A stretch of DNA of 52,565 nt, counting the filler, from Sphacelaria rigidula (Eukaryota): NCBI GenBank assembly GCA_964200075.2. It is 2 parts of 2 records of this genome, joined end to end, with 100 filler letters (N's around TTAATTAATTAA, not from the genome) between each part and the next. Parts side by side here need not be neighbours in the genome. Positions count along the whole stretch, not along the records: positions 26,351 to 52,565 come from CAXNAA020000146.1; 1 more part is not named here. One strand, 5' to 3'. Every line of letters begins with the position of its first letter. The stretch's first letter is position 1. Positions 36,382 to 49,080 of the stretch are shown here, one piece after another. The translations under genes were made by a program, and so were the position numbers. The notes under the pieces are model-generated. The model was not told the origin of the DNA and searched no databases. It saw only the letters and a program-made list of their open reading frames with translations.

Positions 36382-39300
36382 TGAACCGACGAGGGTTGAT
36401 GTTCGAGGTGGCTACTTCCTCGTCTCCATCGAGTGCCTCTTGGATGGAGCTGTCCTGCTGCGAGCACTGCGAGCAGCACGGCGGAAGAGCTTGGTTCAGA
36501 GTTTGGACGTGCGTTGCGCTAATACGAAATTTTTTCACTGCACTGCCAGCGTCCCAGTTCCTCGTGCGCTCTTCATTTTTATTTGGACACATACCTCGGG
36601 CTGGGTATTGGCCATCTTCTTTCCTTCAAAGTACGTCTGATCCTTCTGGCGCCGCTTACTGCGCTCGACAGCTGCGGCTTTCCTTTCCGCTTTGCCCCTC
36701 TGCATCCTGCCCACGAAAACAAGAGATGGATGTGTGAGGGACTTCATTGGAAAGGGAAGTTTAGCCACTATTTGATGGGTGTAAAAACATGAGGCTTTGA
36801 ACTGGACCAGTCAACCCTTGGAGGGCGACAGAAGGTCATCTGTTGAGTCGGCATCAACTCACTTGGAAAAAAAGATGCATGGTGCAGATGAATTGTACCC
36901 TCGCGTTGTAAGGGACAATACTATTGTTTAAATTGGAACTAACTAGGGTTGGACTGGAACTCGCGACGAGGGTAACCGACTATATTTTGTACTAACTTCA
37001 GCAATAATAGGCAGTCCCGCGCCATCCCCGGCCATGTTTGTGAGGTTCTCGAGTTCAGTACATTGGAAAACTCATCGAGCCCAAAAAATGTCAGATTTCG
37101 ATTGGTAGCAAATAAACAACATTGAAGTAACGCGGTAGCCCCCCCCAGCAGAATAATGACTCGGCTGAGGAGGCGAAATTTGCATGTATGTATATTATAC
37201 AAGATGACAAAAGGCGGGCAGACCGAGCAGCTAAAAAACCCCATTCCGGGGATCGTTTTCGTTGACGTCGCCCACATGAGGGGCTTCATGAAGTCTGAAA
37301 TCATGCAGTTATCATGCGCTTTACGACTATTTTCCCCGTGACAGTTGTGAGGCTGGTTTGGGGGGGGTGCTATCACGGCATCACTCATCATTGGTGAAGT
37401 CGGATTTGGGCGGGGAGTGCACGGTATCGCGGGGGACAATAAATTAGCCGTTTTCACGGGGGGCTTCCTACCGTGAATTCAGGGATGGTATCCACCGTTT
37501 TGGCCTATATCGTGCGGATAGTACAGTAATACGTTCCGATTACAAAGCTGGACTGCCGAAGATGCGAACGGAAATATTGAACCTTGAGTGTGTTGCTCCA
37601 AGTTGAGTCGTTTTCTATGAATGTTTCGCACGATACACATCCGTTATGTGCGGAGACCCTAACTTTCCCCTTCCTACTCTTCTTCGTGTGAGTTATTTGC
37701 GATTATTTTTCTCAGTAAAAGTTTGAAATGGGCTACTATTTTTCATCGAAATTCCAAGCCAAGTACACGATGGTTTTACCCTTGAAAATCGCCCCCAAAT
37801 TGAACGTGTTTTTCAGCTATAGTAAAGCCAAATCGCGTGAAAACGGGCCTCTGGCACGGCTTCTCCAACGGGGCCCTCCGGGGGCGCCTCTGGCGGAGCC
37901 CCCTCTGCTGAGGAGGCTCTTTGGCTCCCGGCTTCGTCGCTCGATGACCACATTATGTACCATTCAACTGGATGATGGTTGGGCTACGCGTAGCCCTTCA
38001 ACTGGTTAGTGGTTAGACAAACTATTTCCGAGCTCTAAAAAAGGGGGAAATATAATATTTTGTTCGCACATACGTCTCCTTGTTGTATATTGTTAGAAAA
38101 AAATAATAGAAAACGACTCAAAATTGAACAGCGAAATCGCCCTCTTCTTCTGTCGAAAATCGGTTCCAACATGGAAACGGACCAGCTAAATCCGGACAGG
38201 GCTATTTGAGGCGCGGCTGCGCTGCTCGATTTTAAGTCGCCGTCTTTCATAAAATCTCGACACAATTTGCATGAGGAATGTGTGAAGAATCTACCTTTCC
38301 CGCCTGACTATTTTTTTCCTCTAGTGACTTATCGACGTTTTTTTGTCGAAAACAACTAACTCTTCTTGTTCCAAAATCTGTTTCACCGATAAATCACGAG
38401 GGAAACGAAAGAGAGAGGGGGGAGATCTAGGGTCTTTCCACATACCTCATCATGTACATTCTATCGAAAATCGGTTGACTTGCTTTTAGACTACACCAAC
38501 CCCAGTCGGAACTTCGGCGTTTCCTACAAGCTCTTTTCACCCGCTGCTCACCGATTCGCACACTAGTACCAGACGAGACGCCATGCTTGGCGCGCTGGGG
38601 GTCTCGTCTGCGTGCCATCTTAGACACGGCGTGCCTACAGTACGACATGTGCAGTATTATACAACCACAAATTATGCAGCATCACGACTTGCGGCCGCGG
38701 CATATAACCGTTCCATTTCTTCGGCGTTTTTTTTTCTAATTCCGCCGCACATATCGCCCTCCTCTCTACAGTTCGCAGGTGACTACAATTTGGTATTTCG
38801 TTCAATGGGAACTATTCGGATCGCAGTGCTACGTGGATTGAAAGACTCGCATTGATGTCCACACTACAACGATGTGTAATATCAAGATAATAGCGCGCGC
38901 GACCCGATCCGGAACCCTCAGATCGCCGAAAAAGTTACCTAGATCGCACAGATCACCTCCGAAAGTGATCTAGATCGCTTCAGATCACTTCACTTGATCT
39001 AAGTACGGACCCATAATCACTTGGCTACAGTGTAGAGCCCCCGAACCCGCGCGCCGACCGCTAATAGCAGGCACACCTCACGATAAATCGTCAATTATTG
39101 GAGACGAATGTTTCTGCGATACCCCCCCCCCCAAAAAAAAACAGCCTAAAGCTGTCACTGAGAAGAAAAGGGTTATACAGTACCTGATGTTTGGTTTCAG
39201 GCTGCATGAAGCGCCTCATATGGGCGACATTGGCGAAAACGAACCCAAGCATGGGAATTCCCAGCTGCTCGCTGTGCTCAACTTTTTTCATTTCGATTTA

Positions 39301-42300
39301 CGTGTAGATTTTGCCTCCCCAAAGCAGCCATTTGTTCGGGGGGGGCTATCATCGCAGCAAGTGTCTAGAACGGGACCCAAGGAAGGTGGGCTTCTTGGGC
39401 GGCCCAGCTTGTACATGTTCTTTTTTCGGGATATTTGAAATATAGAACTATTAAAGTATTGAAAATATTTCCTCATCTGGAGATGATAATGTACGCTTCC
39501 TCCCCCCAAATCAATTGTCACAGGGGTGGTATCTACTGCTTTGACCTGTTACACACGAGCGGCGATGCTCCGAATTAACACACGAACATAGATATAGAAC
39601 GCGTGAACAATAAATTGTTTATCCTCGCTTCCCATTTCTGAAATCGCTTTCTCCTCTCCAGACACGGTGGGGGGTGTTATCTACCATTTTCGCCAGTTAC
39701 GTGTTTTTTCGTGTACGAGTAGATGTTTTGTTTCTTGCCTTCTTCAGCGGGCTGTTTGGGTTATGGGTATGAGTGATATGCTTCTTGCTCTCTGTGACCA
39801 CGGGTTCGAGAGATCGAGCTAATGTGACGGATATAAGAAGAAGAAGAAGAAGAAGAAGAACATGGGCGTTTGAGTGATGCCGCGATAGCCCTGCCCAGAA
39901 AAATAGCTACTTCGAGGAGGCATAATCTACGTGCGAATCAAAATGACAGAAGCTGAGCACACCGAGCAACTAGGAGCTCCCACGCGTAGGACTGTTTTCG
40001 CCAATGTCGCCCATGTATGGGGCTTCATAAAGTCTGAAACCAGCTATCATGCATGCGCTCTATGGTGATGTCTTGGTGAGAGTTTTAAAGCTAGTTTGTG
40101 GGGGAGTCGCTCATTTACACACGAATCATGATGCGCCCTGACGTGCGGGGGGCACCATTAGAACGTATCCACCACATTAAATTCCCCTATAACCCTCTTC
40201 TCCCCCCATCCTCTTTCCCGGGGAAATCAACGCATGCCCTCCCCGAACAATCTCAGCGAAAGGAGGTGTTATCCCACTTTGAACCATTTGCGGCCGGACA
40301 GCAATAAATCTGAACACGTGACCAGTAGTACCACTAAAAAGCATACAATCTGTCCTAACGGGCGGTACACGTCGTTTTATTGGAGGGGTTACAGTCACCA
40401 CAGGGAAGATGTATATATTGCTCCATCCCCTCGCTGAACACGCGTAGGAGTCATCGTGTTCCATCAGGGCGTGTTACATACGAATGGTGATGCACCTGAA
40501 CACGCTAGTGGTCACTGGAGTGCATCCATCCTACTTACTTGCTGATTCGAGACCACCCTTCTTTCCCTCCCCGACCACGTGCTGAGCATTTTCCCTGACT
40601 GATGCCGCGATAGCCCCCCCCCGAAAAGTGGCTGGTTTGAGTAGGCACAATCTTCATGCAAATCAAAATGACAAAAGTCGATCACATCGAGTAGCTGGTA
40701 ACTTCCACGGTTGAGATCGTTTTCGCCAGCCGCCCACATGAGACGCTTTGTGAAGACTGAACTAGCTACCATGCGCTGTGTTGTCGTTTCTTCGTGGCAG
40801 TTTTGGGGCTGCTTCGGGGGGGGGGCCTATCGCGCATCACTCTCCTCCCGAAGCACCCTCATCCGGGTGGGGTGTTATTTGACGTGTTGGGTGTTTGCAG
40901 GCGAACTACGTGATACCACTATTAACGCATGGTAGGTATCGTCAAGCATCGACACCGTTACTATGTGCCCCTAGGGTAGCAAGGAGCACCACCGTTCGTT
41001 GACGACAGGACAAAATGGTGGATACCACCCCCGGGCACGACTAGCTTTCCATCCCTGGAAAACCATGGGCCTAACCTCCATATACATGAAACAGCATCGA
41101 TGAATTGAATGTTTCCTATACAGCTGTACGCGCTATGAAGTAATTTTTCGACACTTGGCACTGCAAGGTCTTGAAAGTACTGAAACAGGCGAAAAAAAAT
41201 GATATTTTTAGCCCGTAGGTTGTTTGTTTTCAATCAACATGACATGAATCAATCAGAATCAGAACCCGTGGGTCCAAGTGCTGAAACTTCACTTGGCTTA
41301 CTTTACTTGTTTTCCATCCTCCGCTCCTCATGGAGAGTCTCTGCTGCTGCATACTACAAGGGAATGTTTTTCGAATCGTTCATCATATTGGATGAGATTT
41401 GAACGGCATGCAAGCCTCTTATTAATACCTCATCAATGTGAGGGCTCACATTTCTTACAAATGTACTAGAGTCCACGACTCTTCAAGGGAGAACAAATAC
41501 CGTACTGAAAACCCACCGATTTACTGGCCGCTGGCGCATCCATTTCAAACTCAACAGACCTGAGCTGCCAGTTCACAGCCCTATTTACCTAATGCCCGCC
41601 CTCTTCTTTTCTGGATCAACAAAGGAGATGCAAATAAATCTGTCCGCCCTCTAGTGCACCCAACGGTGTTCTGACGTGATCGCGGTTCTCACGGTGGTGA
41701 AGAATCACGTCATTGCATGCAACAGACCATTTCCCACTCGCTTCCCTCCAGAGTGTAAGATATACAAGAAGATGATGCTCGGTAGATCACTTGCAATACG
41801 ATACGACCTAGGCGTTAACCTTTTGCACAATGTTCTCGTTGTCTTCGTTTGATATCCATACTTGGTAAAACGAGCATACTCTTCGTGAACACCCATTGTA
41901 CCATGCGGTCATCTGTTGCATGTACTGGTATAGTATTGGAGAGCAGCAGGCGCGCACTTATTCGCTGCACATGGTCACCGACTTATCCGAGTGTTTCGGT
42001 AAATATCGCACAAGACTGAAAACAACGTCGATTATTGAATCGTATACTCGCCGCTCTAGCCGAGAGTTTGTCAGTTCAGTAGGTTCCCCACCCTCCGGAT
42101 CCACGACACTCGTCCGCTCTCTTTCCCTGTCCTCCTGTACAATGACCTGTATAGTATGTCATCCATCGCGCGTATGGGTTCAGCGAAGAGGTAAGGGAAA
42201 GTGAAGGAGACGCACGTGCAATTAATCTATGAAGGTTTGGCGTAACATCACTGTACTGAAGGGCGCCCGTGGGTTGGAATCTCGACCGCGATAGTCCTAC

Positions 42301-42988
42301 TGTAGTCCTCCCCGCCCCCCTCCCCGGAAGGGAAATTTCAAGTCTTGGACACACAAGAAAAATATGGAAGAAATACAGTACTACTTCATTGCCTCAAATG
42401 ACGATGTGTGTCTCCCGCTTGTTGTTCCTATGGTGTGTTGTTGTGTTGTCATCCCATTTCTATTCTAGACGCCAGTCTACACCTGTCGGTATATGTGGGC
42501 GCATCAGCCGGGGTCAAGAGCAAGACCGACGTATGCTCCTATATGTAGATGTGCTCCTATATGTAGATGTGTGTGCACACACGACTAATACCATGCACAC
42601 ATTGCCTCCATTCCTTGGTTGTGGCAGGTGAAGGATTCTGCGGTATGGGCAAGGGTCGGCCGAAAAAGATTTCTGGACACTTCGGCCCCAAGATCGAGAA
42701 TTTGAGTTTTTGAGGGGGCGGGGGGGGGGTACTCATTATTATGGGGGGGGGGGGCACACCCAGCCTGCTGTCCCCTAGTTTATAGCCGGGGCGTTGGCGA
42801 ATGCGGTCAGCTGCCGTGTACAGAGATCCTTGACATGGAGACGCATGAAATGGCGGACACGCCGCCCCCCCAAGCTCATTACTTGCCATGATTACATTTA
42901 TGGAATCATGTCTCGTGTCGTGTGCCTCGAGTACCTACCAGTAGTCTGGGCAAGTTTGGCGACGCGTGAGATAATGTTGCTACTTTGC
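36382..42988 (-). CDS. Candidate exons of an unidentified minus-strand gene converging on ERCC6
   Basis: AG/GT-bounded open segments with protein-like translations: 42939-42988 (QSSNIISRVAKLAQTT), 41979-42134 (EDRERERTSVVDPEGG...IIDVVFSLVRYLPKHSDKS), 41076-41179 (YFQDLAVPSVEKLLHSAYSC...), 36635-36706 (MQRGKAERKAAAVERSKRRQKDQ), about 36382-36450 (SIQEALDGDEEVATSNINPRRFK). Exon chain not closed. Confidence 0.4.
38862..39032. mobile_element. Small CACTA/CACTG-ended element with AGATC(G/A)C repeats
   Basis: CACTACAACGATGTG...CACTTGGCTACAGTG imperfect TIR; about 6 internal AGATCGC/AGATCAC-like motifs. Confidence 0.4.
40600..40839. mobile_element. About 240-bp MITE family with C-tract/G-tract TIRs; at least 6 copies
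   Basis: TGATGCCGCGATAGCCCCCCCCCGAA...TTCGGGGGGGGGGCCTATCGCGCATCA; core GTCGCCCAYATGAGGCGCTTC-like sequence also at about 7425-7690, 8705-8935, 37130-37387, 39115-39355, 39871-40110. Confidence 0.72.
42417..42516 (-). mobile_element. SINE family A 3' fragment
   Basis: Matches 1861-1955 (TATTCTAGACGCCAGTCTACACC...TATGTGGGCGCATCAGCCGGGGTCA); 5'-truncated. Confidence 0.6.
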
Positions 42989-43227
42989 CTGCAGGCTGTC
43001 GCTACCGTGCGCTCGTGTGCATACATGTGTGTGAGCGTGGCCGGCATCGTAGGCCATCGGGACAGAGCGGGCAAGGAGTAGAAGCAAAAACATACGAACG
43101 TCGAAAAGCCCACCGGACTTTTCGTTTTTTGTCAGTGTTTCCTGGTCGATTTTTCCAATGATATATAATAAAATAAGCTGGACAATTTTCGAAAAGTTGC
43201 CCCCCGGGAGGGGACGGGGGGGCGTAC

Positions 43228-46200
43228 TCACATGTTGCTTGCCTTGGTCATTTGACCATTGACCATGCATCGCTTTCGAGACGGAGCACCGTTCCTACTC
43301 CTGATGGAGACACCTCCAACGTCTCGGTACTCATTACGTTTCTTCCATACATTACACAAAAACCTTCTACATAGCTTATCCCCGTCCTGTTTCGCCGTCT
43401 GTGGCCACCATCTGTCTCCTAGTATAGCAAGCACTTTCTCGCTATTGTCTAATGCATCAAAAGATTTCATGCCACCTTCGTTCACGTCCCGCATTTCCCC
43501 CTTCAACACATCCCGTTTCTCCTTGTATAGTTCACATTCTGCCACTACATGAAGTCTTCTCTGTATTGGTTTGCTACAGGGGTGAGGTCAGTTCTGTGCA
43601 TCCACTTCTTGTTCCAGTCGACTAGAATACTCGACTAGAATACTCATGGTATATCTCTTTCTTTTTTCCGGTAGGTCCAGGTCCCCCACCCGAAATCGCA
43701 GTTTCAACAATTTCGACGCGTCCATTGGGCCGTGCAGATATGTTTTCATCCCTACCCCGTCTCTCAACCCCCCATATATATTCCTCGTCTACTTTGCGTC
43801 TGAGCGCTTCTTTTCCACCCATTTCTATCATATCTCTTACTATTGTTTGATACCCCGCACCTTCATTTATGGACAGTGTTTCATCTTCGTTTCCTTCTTC
43901 GTTTCCTTCTTCGTTTCCTTCTTCGTTTCCTTCCGTACTTTCTTGATTTCTTTATCCCACCTTATTCCAGCCCGCCCTTTTGTCATTTTCTTGCATACAG
44001 ACCCATCAACTATAGCTATAAATCTCTTCCTCTGCATGTTCTTTGAGCTGCATTTCCATCGCAATTTTCTCATATCTCTTTTTAAGTTAGTACATTCCCA
44101 GTTCTGCTCTCAAAACTGCATAGCTCATTGTTTTCGAACATCCAAGTATTTTCTTAGCTGCGGTCATCTGTGCTGTTTCCAACTTCTTCACCAACTTCAC
44201 GTTCACCTCCCATATCCTTCCTGCATATTCCAGCTTTGGTACAATCACGTTCATCAGGGTACATTTCTTAATCCTAGTATCTAGGTGCGAGTCTCTGGGG
44301 ATCACGTCTATCCCGTATATCTTTGCCTTACCCTTTTCTACTACTTTGTTCATGGTGCATGCCAAGAACAGTTTCTTGAGATCTCTACGCCAAGGTATGT
44401 ACGTATACTGGTCTACAATCGACAGTTCTTCTTCTCCCCACTTCCATTTGAACTCTACGGGATTTTTCTTATCTTCGTTACAGACGAGTACCGCGCATTT
44501 GCTAACGTTCGCTGTCGCTCTCCATTTCCTAGTGTACTCTAGCGCCTCCTCTATTTGTTTCTGCAATCCTTCTGGTGTTCCTGATACCCCCACAAAATCA
44601 GTCGTGAACATCAATCCTGATCCCATATCTTCACCCACCTTGACCCCTTGCTTTGCTACTTATATTGCTATTATCAGGTCATTCATAAAGACCTTGAATA
44701 GAGTGGGTGGTGATATACTTCCTTGCACAATTCCTTGTAATATATCAAAATATTTCGATGTTTCCTCGTCTAGTATCCTAGCACTTTTGGCCCATTCTGT
44801 CATCTTCTTCACCATTCTCCACATCTTTCCTCTGATCCCAGTTCCCCACAACCTTTCCCACAGCCCATTTCTCCATCATACGGTGCCATAAGTCTTTTGC
44901 ACGTTCAGAAAGAAGCAGTACGTTGCCAGCGCGGTGTCTTTCCCACCCTGAATAATCTTACCTAGTGTGTACACATGGTCTACGCAACTACGGTTGGGTC
45001 TGAAACCTGCTCATCTCTCGCTAATTTTTCTTTTTCTAGCATCGTTCCTACTCTCTCGTTCACAATTTTACATTATTTTTTCCCCATGATGCCCAGTAGC
45101 GTCATCCCTTTATAATTTCCCGGGTCAGCCTTGTCTCATTTGCCGACAAGGTTGACCACTACTCCTCTCCACCTCTTGGGTGTGTACTCGTTCTCCAGAT
45201 GCAGTTATACAGCACAACCATCATAGTACTCATTCCCTCTCCCCTGTACTTTCAATATGAATTCACTGTTTCGTTTGCCCCTGCTGCCCTTCTGTTCTTG
45301 AGTTTAGCTACACACTCCTTTACTTCATCTCTGGTAAATTATCTCGGCAATTTTTTAGAGCCAATATCCTCCCGTTTTGATGCCTGTACATTTGCATCTG
45401 CCCACCCGTTGATTCCTTTTTCGAATTCCGTGTCGAACTTCGTGTTAGTTTTTGGTGTTCCTAGTTTACGGTAGTGCTCTATTAGACCGTCTCCCTTCCC
45501 CTTCAAACCACTCACCATTTTATCGTTCTTTACTCGTAGTGCGGCTATCTCCTCGTCTATCGTTCCTGCCTGGTTTCCCATGATCCCTTTTATCCCTACC
45601 CACATTCGTTTCCTCCCGCCCTCGAAATCTTCATTTGCTTTATTCACTACATCTTCCCATGCTCCCTTCTTTTTCTTCTCCACCATATTTTTTACTTCCT
45701 GTCGATCTTAGTATACCCCTCCCATCCTACCGTGGTTTTACTCAATATGCATCTTGCGTGGGCCTCTCTCCTTACTCTTACAGCCTCCTTTACTTCCTCA
45801 TCATTTGTTTTACTGCTCTATTGCATACGATCAGTTTCTTCTCTATGACTGTACTCGCTGTGTTCTTAACCAACGGCTCCTATCCTTCGATAATTCGCTT
45901 CTGCCCGATTTCTTTCAATTTCGGTATTCACTGTACCTACGCGTTCCAACAGCTCGGAAAACTTCACTGCATCGTTGGCCATCTCTTCTTGGAACTCCTG
46001 ATGTTTTTCTTTCATTTCTAGTTCATCGGTTCTCCATTCGTACAACTTCTTACCCCGCCTATTTATTTTAGCTCTCTTCTGTTGGCTTTTGTCCACATTA
46101 GGCAGTGACCTGTGGTTCCCACGTCCTCCGCGCATACATGTACTTCTATTTCTTCACTATTTCCATGCTCTACCACTATATAGTCAAGAATGAAGCATTA

Positions 46201-48180
46201 TCTCTGTCCTTTGCATTCCCTCGTCCATGTCCATGGAGCCTCTGGCTTTGGTGCTCTATCGTTATGCTCAAGGAACTTGAGCATTTCTACCCCATTCGTG
46301 TCCTTCTTATTTTCCCCGTATTGCTCAATGATAGCATGCGGTTGACCTGCTATTCCTTCCCTTGCATTGAAAGCTCCCACTAACATTACTTCCCCTTGCC
46401 TTTTATACTTGTGTACATCTGCCGCTATCTCTCCAAATCTCCACTGTATATCGTTCAACCTATTCTTCGATTCTGGGGGCATATAGATGTTCCTTACGAC
46501 GAAGTTCTTCGTTCCCCGCTCTCCGGGTACCCTTATCCATATGCTCTCTCGTGTCTTCGATCACTTCTCTAGTGTCACACAGGTATTCCTTGACTAAGAA
46601 TCCTACTCCCCCAGCCCCCCTGCTCTTGGGGTTCTGTCCCTTCCGCTTTTTCCCCATCCATGCGTACTTTTCAATTTTGCATCCTATTTCCGCGCCCTTT
46701 TTCTCCCGTGATTCTTGGGTTTCTACTATATCTAGGTCGCGGTTACTTACTTGTTGGGCTGTCTCTCCTCGTCTGCGCTCGTCCATGGCGAATCCACGCA
46801 CGTTCCACGATCCTATTCTCAACTTCCTTTCTGAATCATTATCCACTCTCCTTACTGTTATCTCGCCTTCATTATTGTCTCTGCTTTCCCTTGCTTGCTT
46901 TTTCTTCCCGTCCCCGGTTTGGTCTTTTATCTATTTGCTTCGGGTCGCCATGTCCCCCTCCCCCCTTCCCCTTCCCCTTCCCGGCACTTACTTGCTCCTG
47001 CTTCTCTCTCCCTCCATTTACCCGTGGACTACCTCTTAGGTTTGCTGTCCCATTAGTTATGCATACTCTCTATCCTACCCTAACCCATGCCGACACCTTA
47101 CTTGTCTCTATACTTTCGCACTCCTTGCTCGCGCTCTGTTTTAGCGTGACTCGGAAGTGTTCTCCCTCCCTTTCTACCTCTCCTCCTGCAAACAGTGTAG
47201 TTCAACTTCATCGGATTTCCTTTTGAACTCTACTCTCGTCATATCGCTACGGACTCTAGGTACCAGCACTACTGGTACTTTACCCGTCCACTCTTTACTT
47301 CTCGATCGGCCCTTCCTTACCGTCTCTCTCTCGATCTCTTTCGAGAGTGTCTTCAGCTTGTTCGTTTTTGATATTGTGGTGGCATGTAGTCAAGGTACCG
47401 GGATTTCCCAAGCCTAGTACTTGTTGGGGGTGTGGTGCCTTTCAGTTCTTTTGCTGGCTCACCGACACTAAATAATGCCTCCAACATGGGTTCGTAGCCT
47501 GAAGCCAAGTTCAACACCTTTGACACAAGCACCCCACGTTTGTGCCAGGCAATCTTCACGGTGAACCATCCAGGCGTCCCACGATTGTATCTTCTATCTT
47601 CTTGCCCCTCTGCTGTACTGGTTACTTTCCTCGAGGGGGGTCATTTCCACCGTGTAAGGTTCAAGAACGGCTTGCATAACACACGGTCTTACTCACACCG
47701 GGATGTCCCGTACATCACTTCTTCCCACTCCGTGTACAGTTCGCCATGGGTCGCTACTCCACTAATCCTTTCGAGTGGACCTCCGCTGCCGCAAGCTTGG
47801 CCAACGATTCCCCCATACTTTGTACCAGCTTTTATCCTCCAAGATCTCAAGAAGTCTACGTATCGCTTGGTGCTCCTTCTCGTAGGTAATGTTATCGGCC
47901 ATTGTTAAGGCGCTTGTTTCGTGAATGCAGTAGATCTTGACGTCGATGTCATGCATTATCCACCCCTTCCCTTCATTAGACGCCTTTTGCATCTAATGTC
48001 GGAAACTTCAGGAACACGTCTGACCAGATTTTCACCGCCCACTGGAAACCGGTAAGGCTGTACGGGTATCTCACCACGAGAACCCAACCCCCATGTAAAT
48101 TCAACATGTCGGGGGTAGTGACCCTTCCCTATCCGTATGCTATATATTTTGTATTTTGCATTTGCATTCAAGGTGGTCAA
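43228..48180 (-). mobile_element. Degenerate non-LTR retrotransposon (LINE; APE endonuclease + reverse transcriptase)
   Basis: Frameshifted ORF2 pieces: APE start LRIGSWNVRGF (about 46820), GGVGFLVK, VMLVGAFNAREG (GDFN-like); RT QGIVQGSISPPTLFKVFMNDL, GLMFTTDFVGV (FADD-like), WRATANVSKC; C-terminal HVVAECELY. Decayed ORF1-like fragments at about 47350-48180. Boundaries approximate. Confidence 0.88.
43885..43932. repeat. 12-bp tandem repeat x4 inside the LINE
   Basis: (CTTCGTTTCCTT)4. Confidence 0.9.
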
Positions 48181-48329
48181 TCTTCACGCTATCACTTACA
48201 CGTCTAGGTTTTGGTTTTATTTTTGTCTTAGCTTTGTTATGATATGGGGGAAGGATCTCGGTTGTTTTTCGTTTTGACATCGGAAAATAGAGCTATCATT
48301 CTCGCTGTTTCACGTCTATATCCGGGCTG

Positions 48330-49080
48330 TGTCATGGTGGCTTAACGAAGAAGGATGGTAAGCTTCGTCATTTCATATCTATTCCTGGGCTGTATTACGG
48401 TAAATTCAAGAAAAAGGGGAGGGGGGGAGGGGCTCCGTGTCCGAAAATCTTGTCTCGATAGACTCTTGGCGAGGGTGCACGTTTTAGTCCAAAATTTTCG
48501 TAAGGCTGTACACACCAAGACACGAATGTTCGTCGTCGAGATGTTCCGAATGTGCAGAACCTCAGAAAAAAATTGTGCATCCCTACCGTAGAACCATTCA
48601 GGTGCTACAAGGAAGTGGTTAGCAACCAAGACACTTATTCGCCAACGCTGCAGTATTAAACATACAATAGCATCCACCCCTGGGAATGCCAGCACTCGGT
48701 TCGTTCCACGTTTTATGGTTTTGTTGGGAGCCAGCCGGTCTGCTCGAACGCACTCCCTGCTGTTCTCGTTGCGAAAAGTGCTTACACGGTTTGCGTTCGA
48801 CACACTGTCCTTTGCAACACCGCTACGATCAGCAACAGGAGCCATAAATGTACCCTTGGTGCGCCCGGAAACATTACGAGTGGCGTCTCGCTGCCCCCCA
48901 GAACCAGGACACCAGAAGAAGGCAATCTTGCAATCTTGTCTTTCGTATGGTCCTATGATACCATTTATTAATACTATTTATTAACACTATTTATTACAAT
49001 TGTTGCTTGGATAAAGTGAAGCCCCTGCCAATCACTTCAATACAGTGTAGTGACCCTGGACCCCCTATACAACGGCGACA
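48330..49080 (+). repeat. Candidate 5' LTR of the Gypsy element
   Basis: Begins TGTCA and ends CGACA (TG...CA with a 4-bp inverted match), about 0.7 kb upstream of gag-like sequence. The partner LTR is outside the window, so it cannot be confirmed. Confidence 0.45.

Noticed and set aside
26787..36913. CSB-piggyBac (PGBD3-like) fusion as in primates
   Set aside because: Only about 100-bp non-coding piggyBac-type MITEs are present, none seen inside ERCC6 introns, and there is no transposase ORF.
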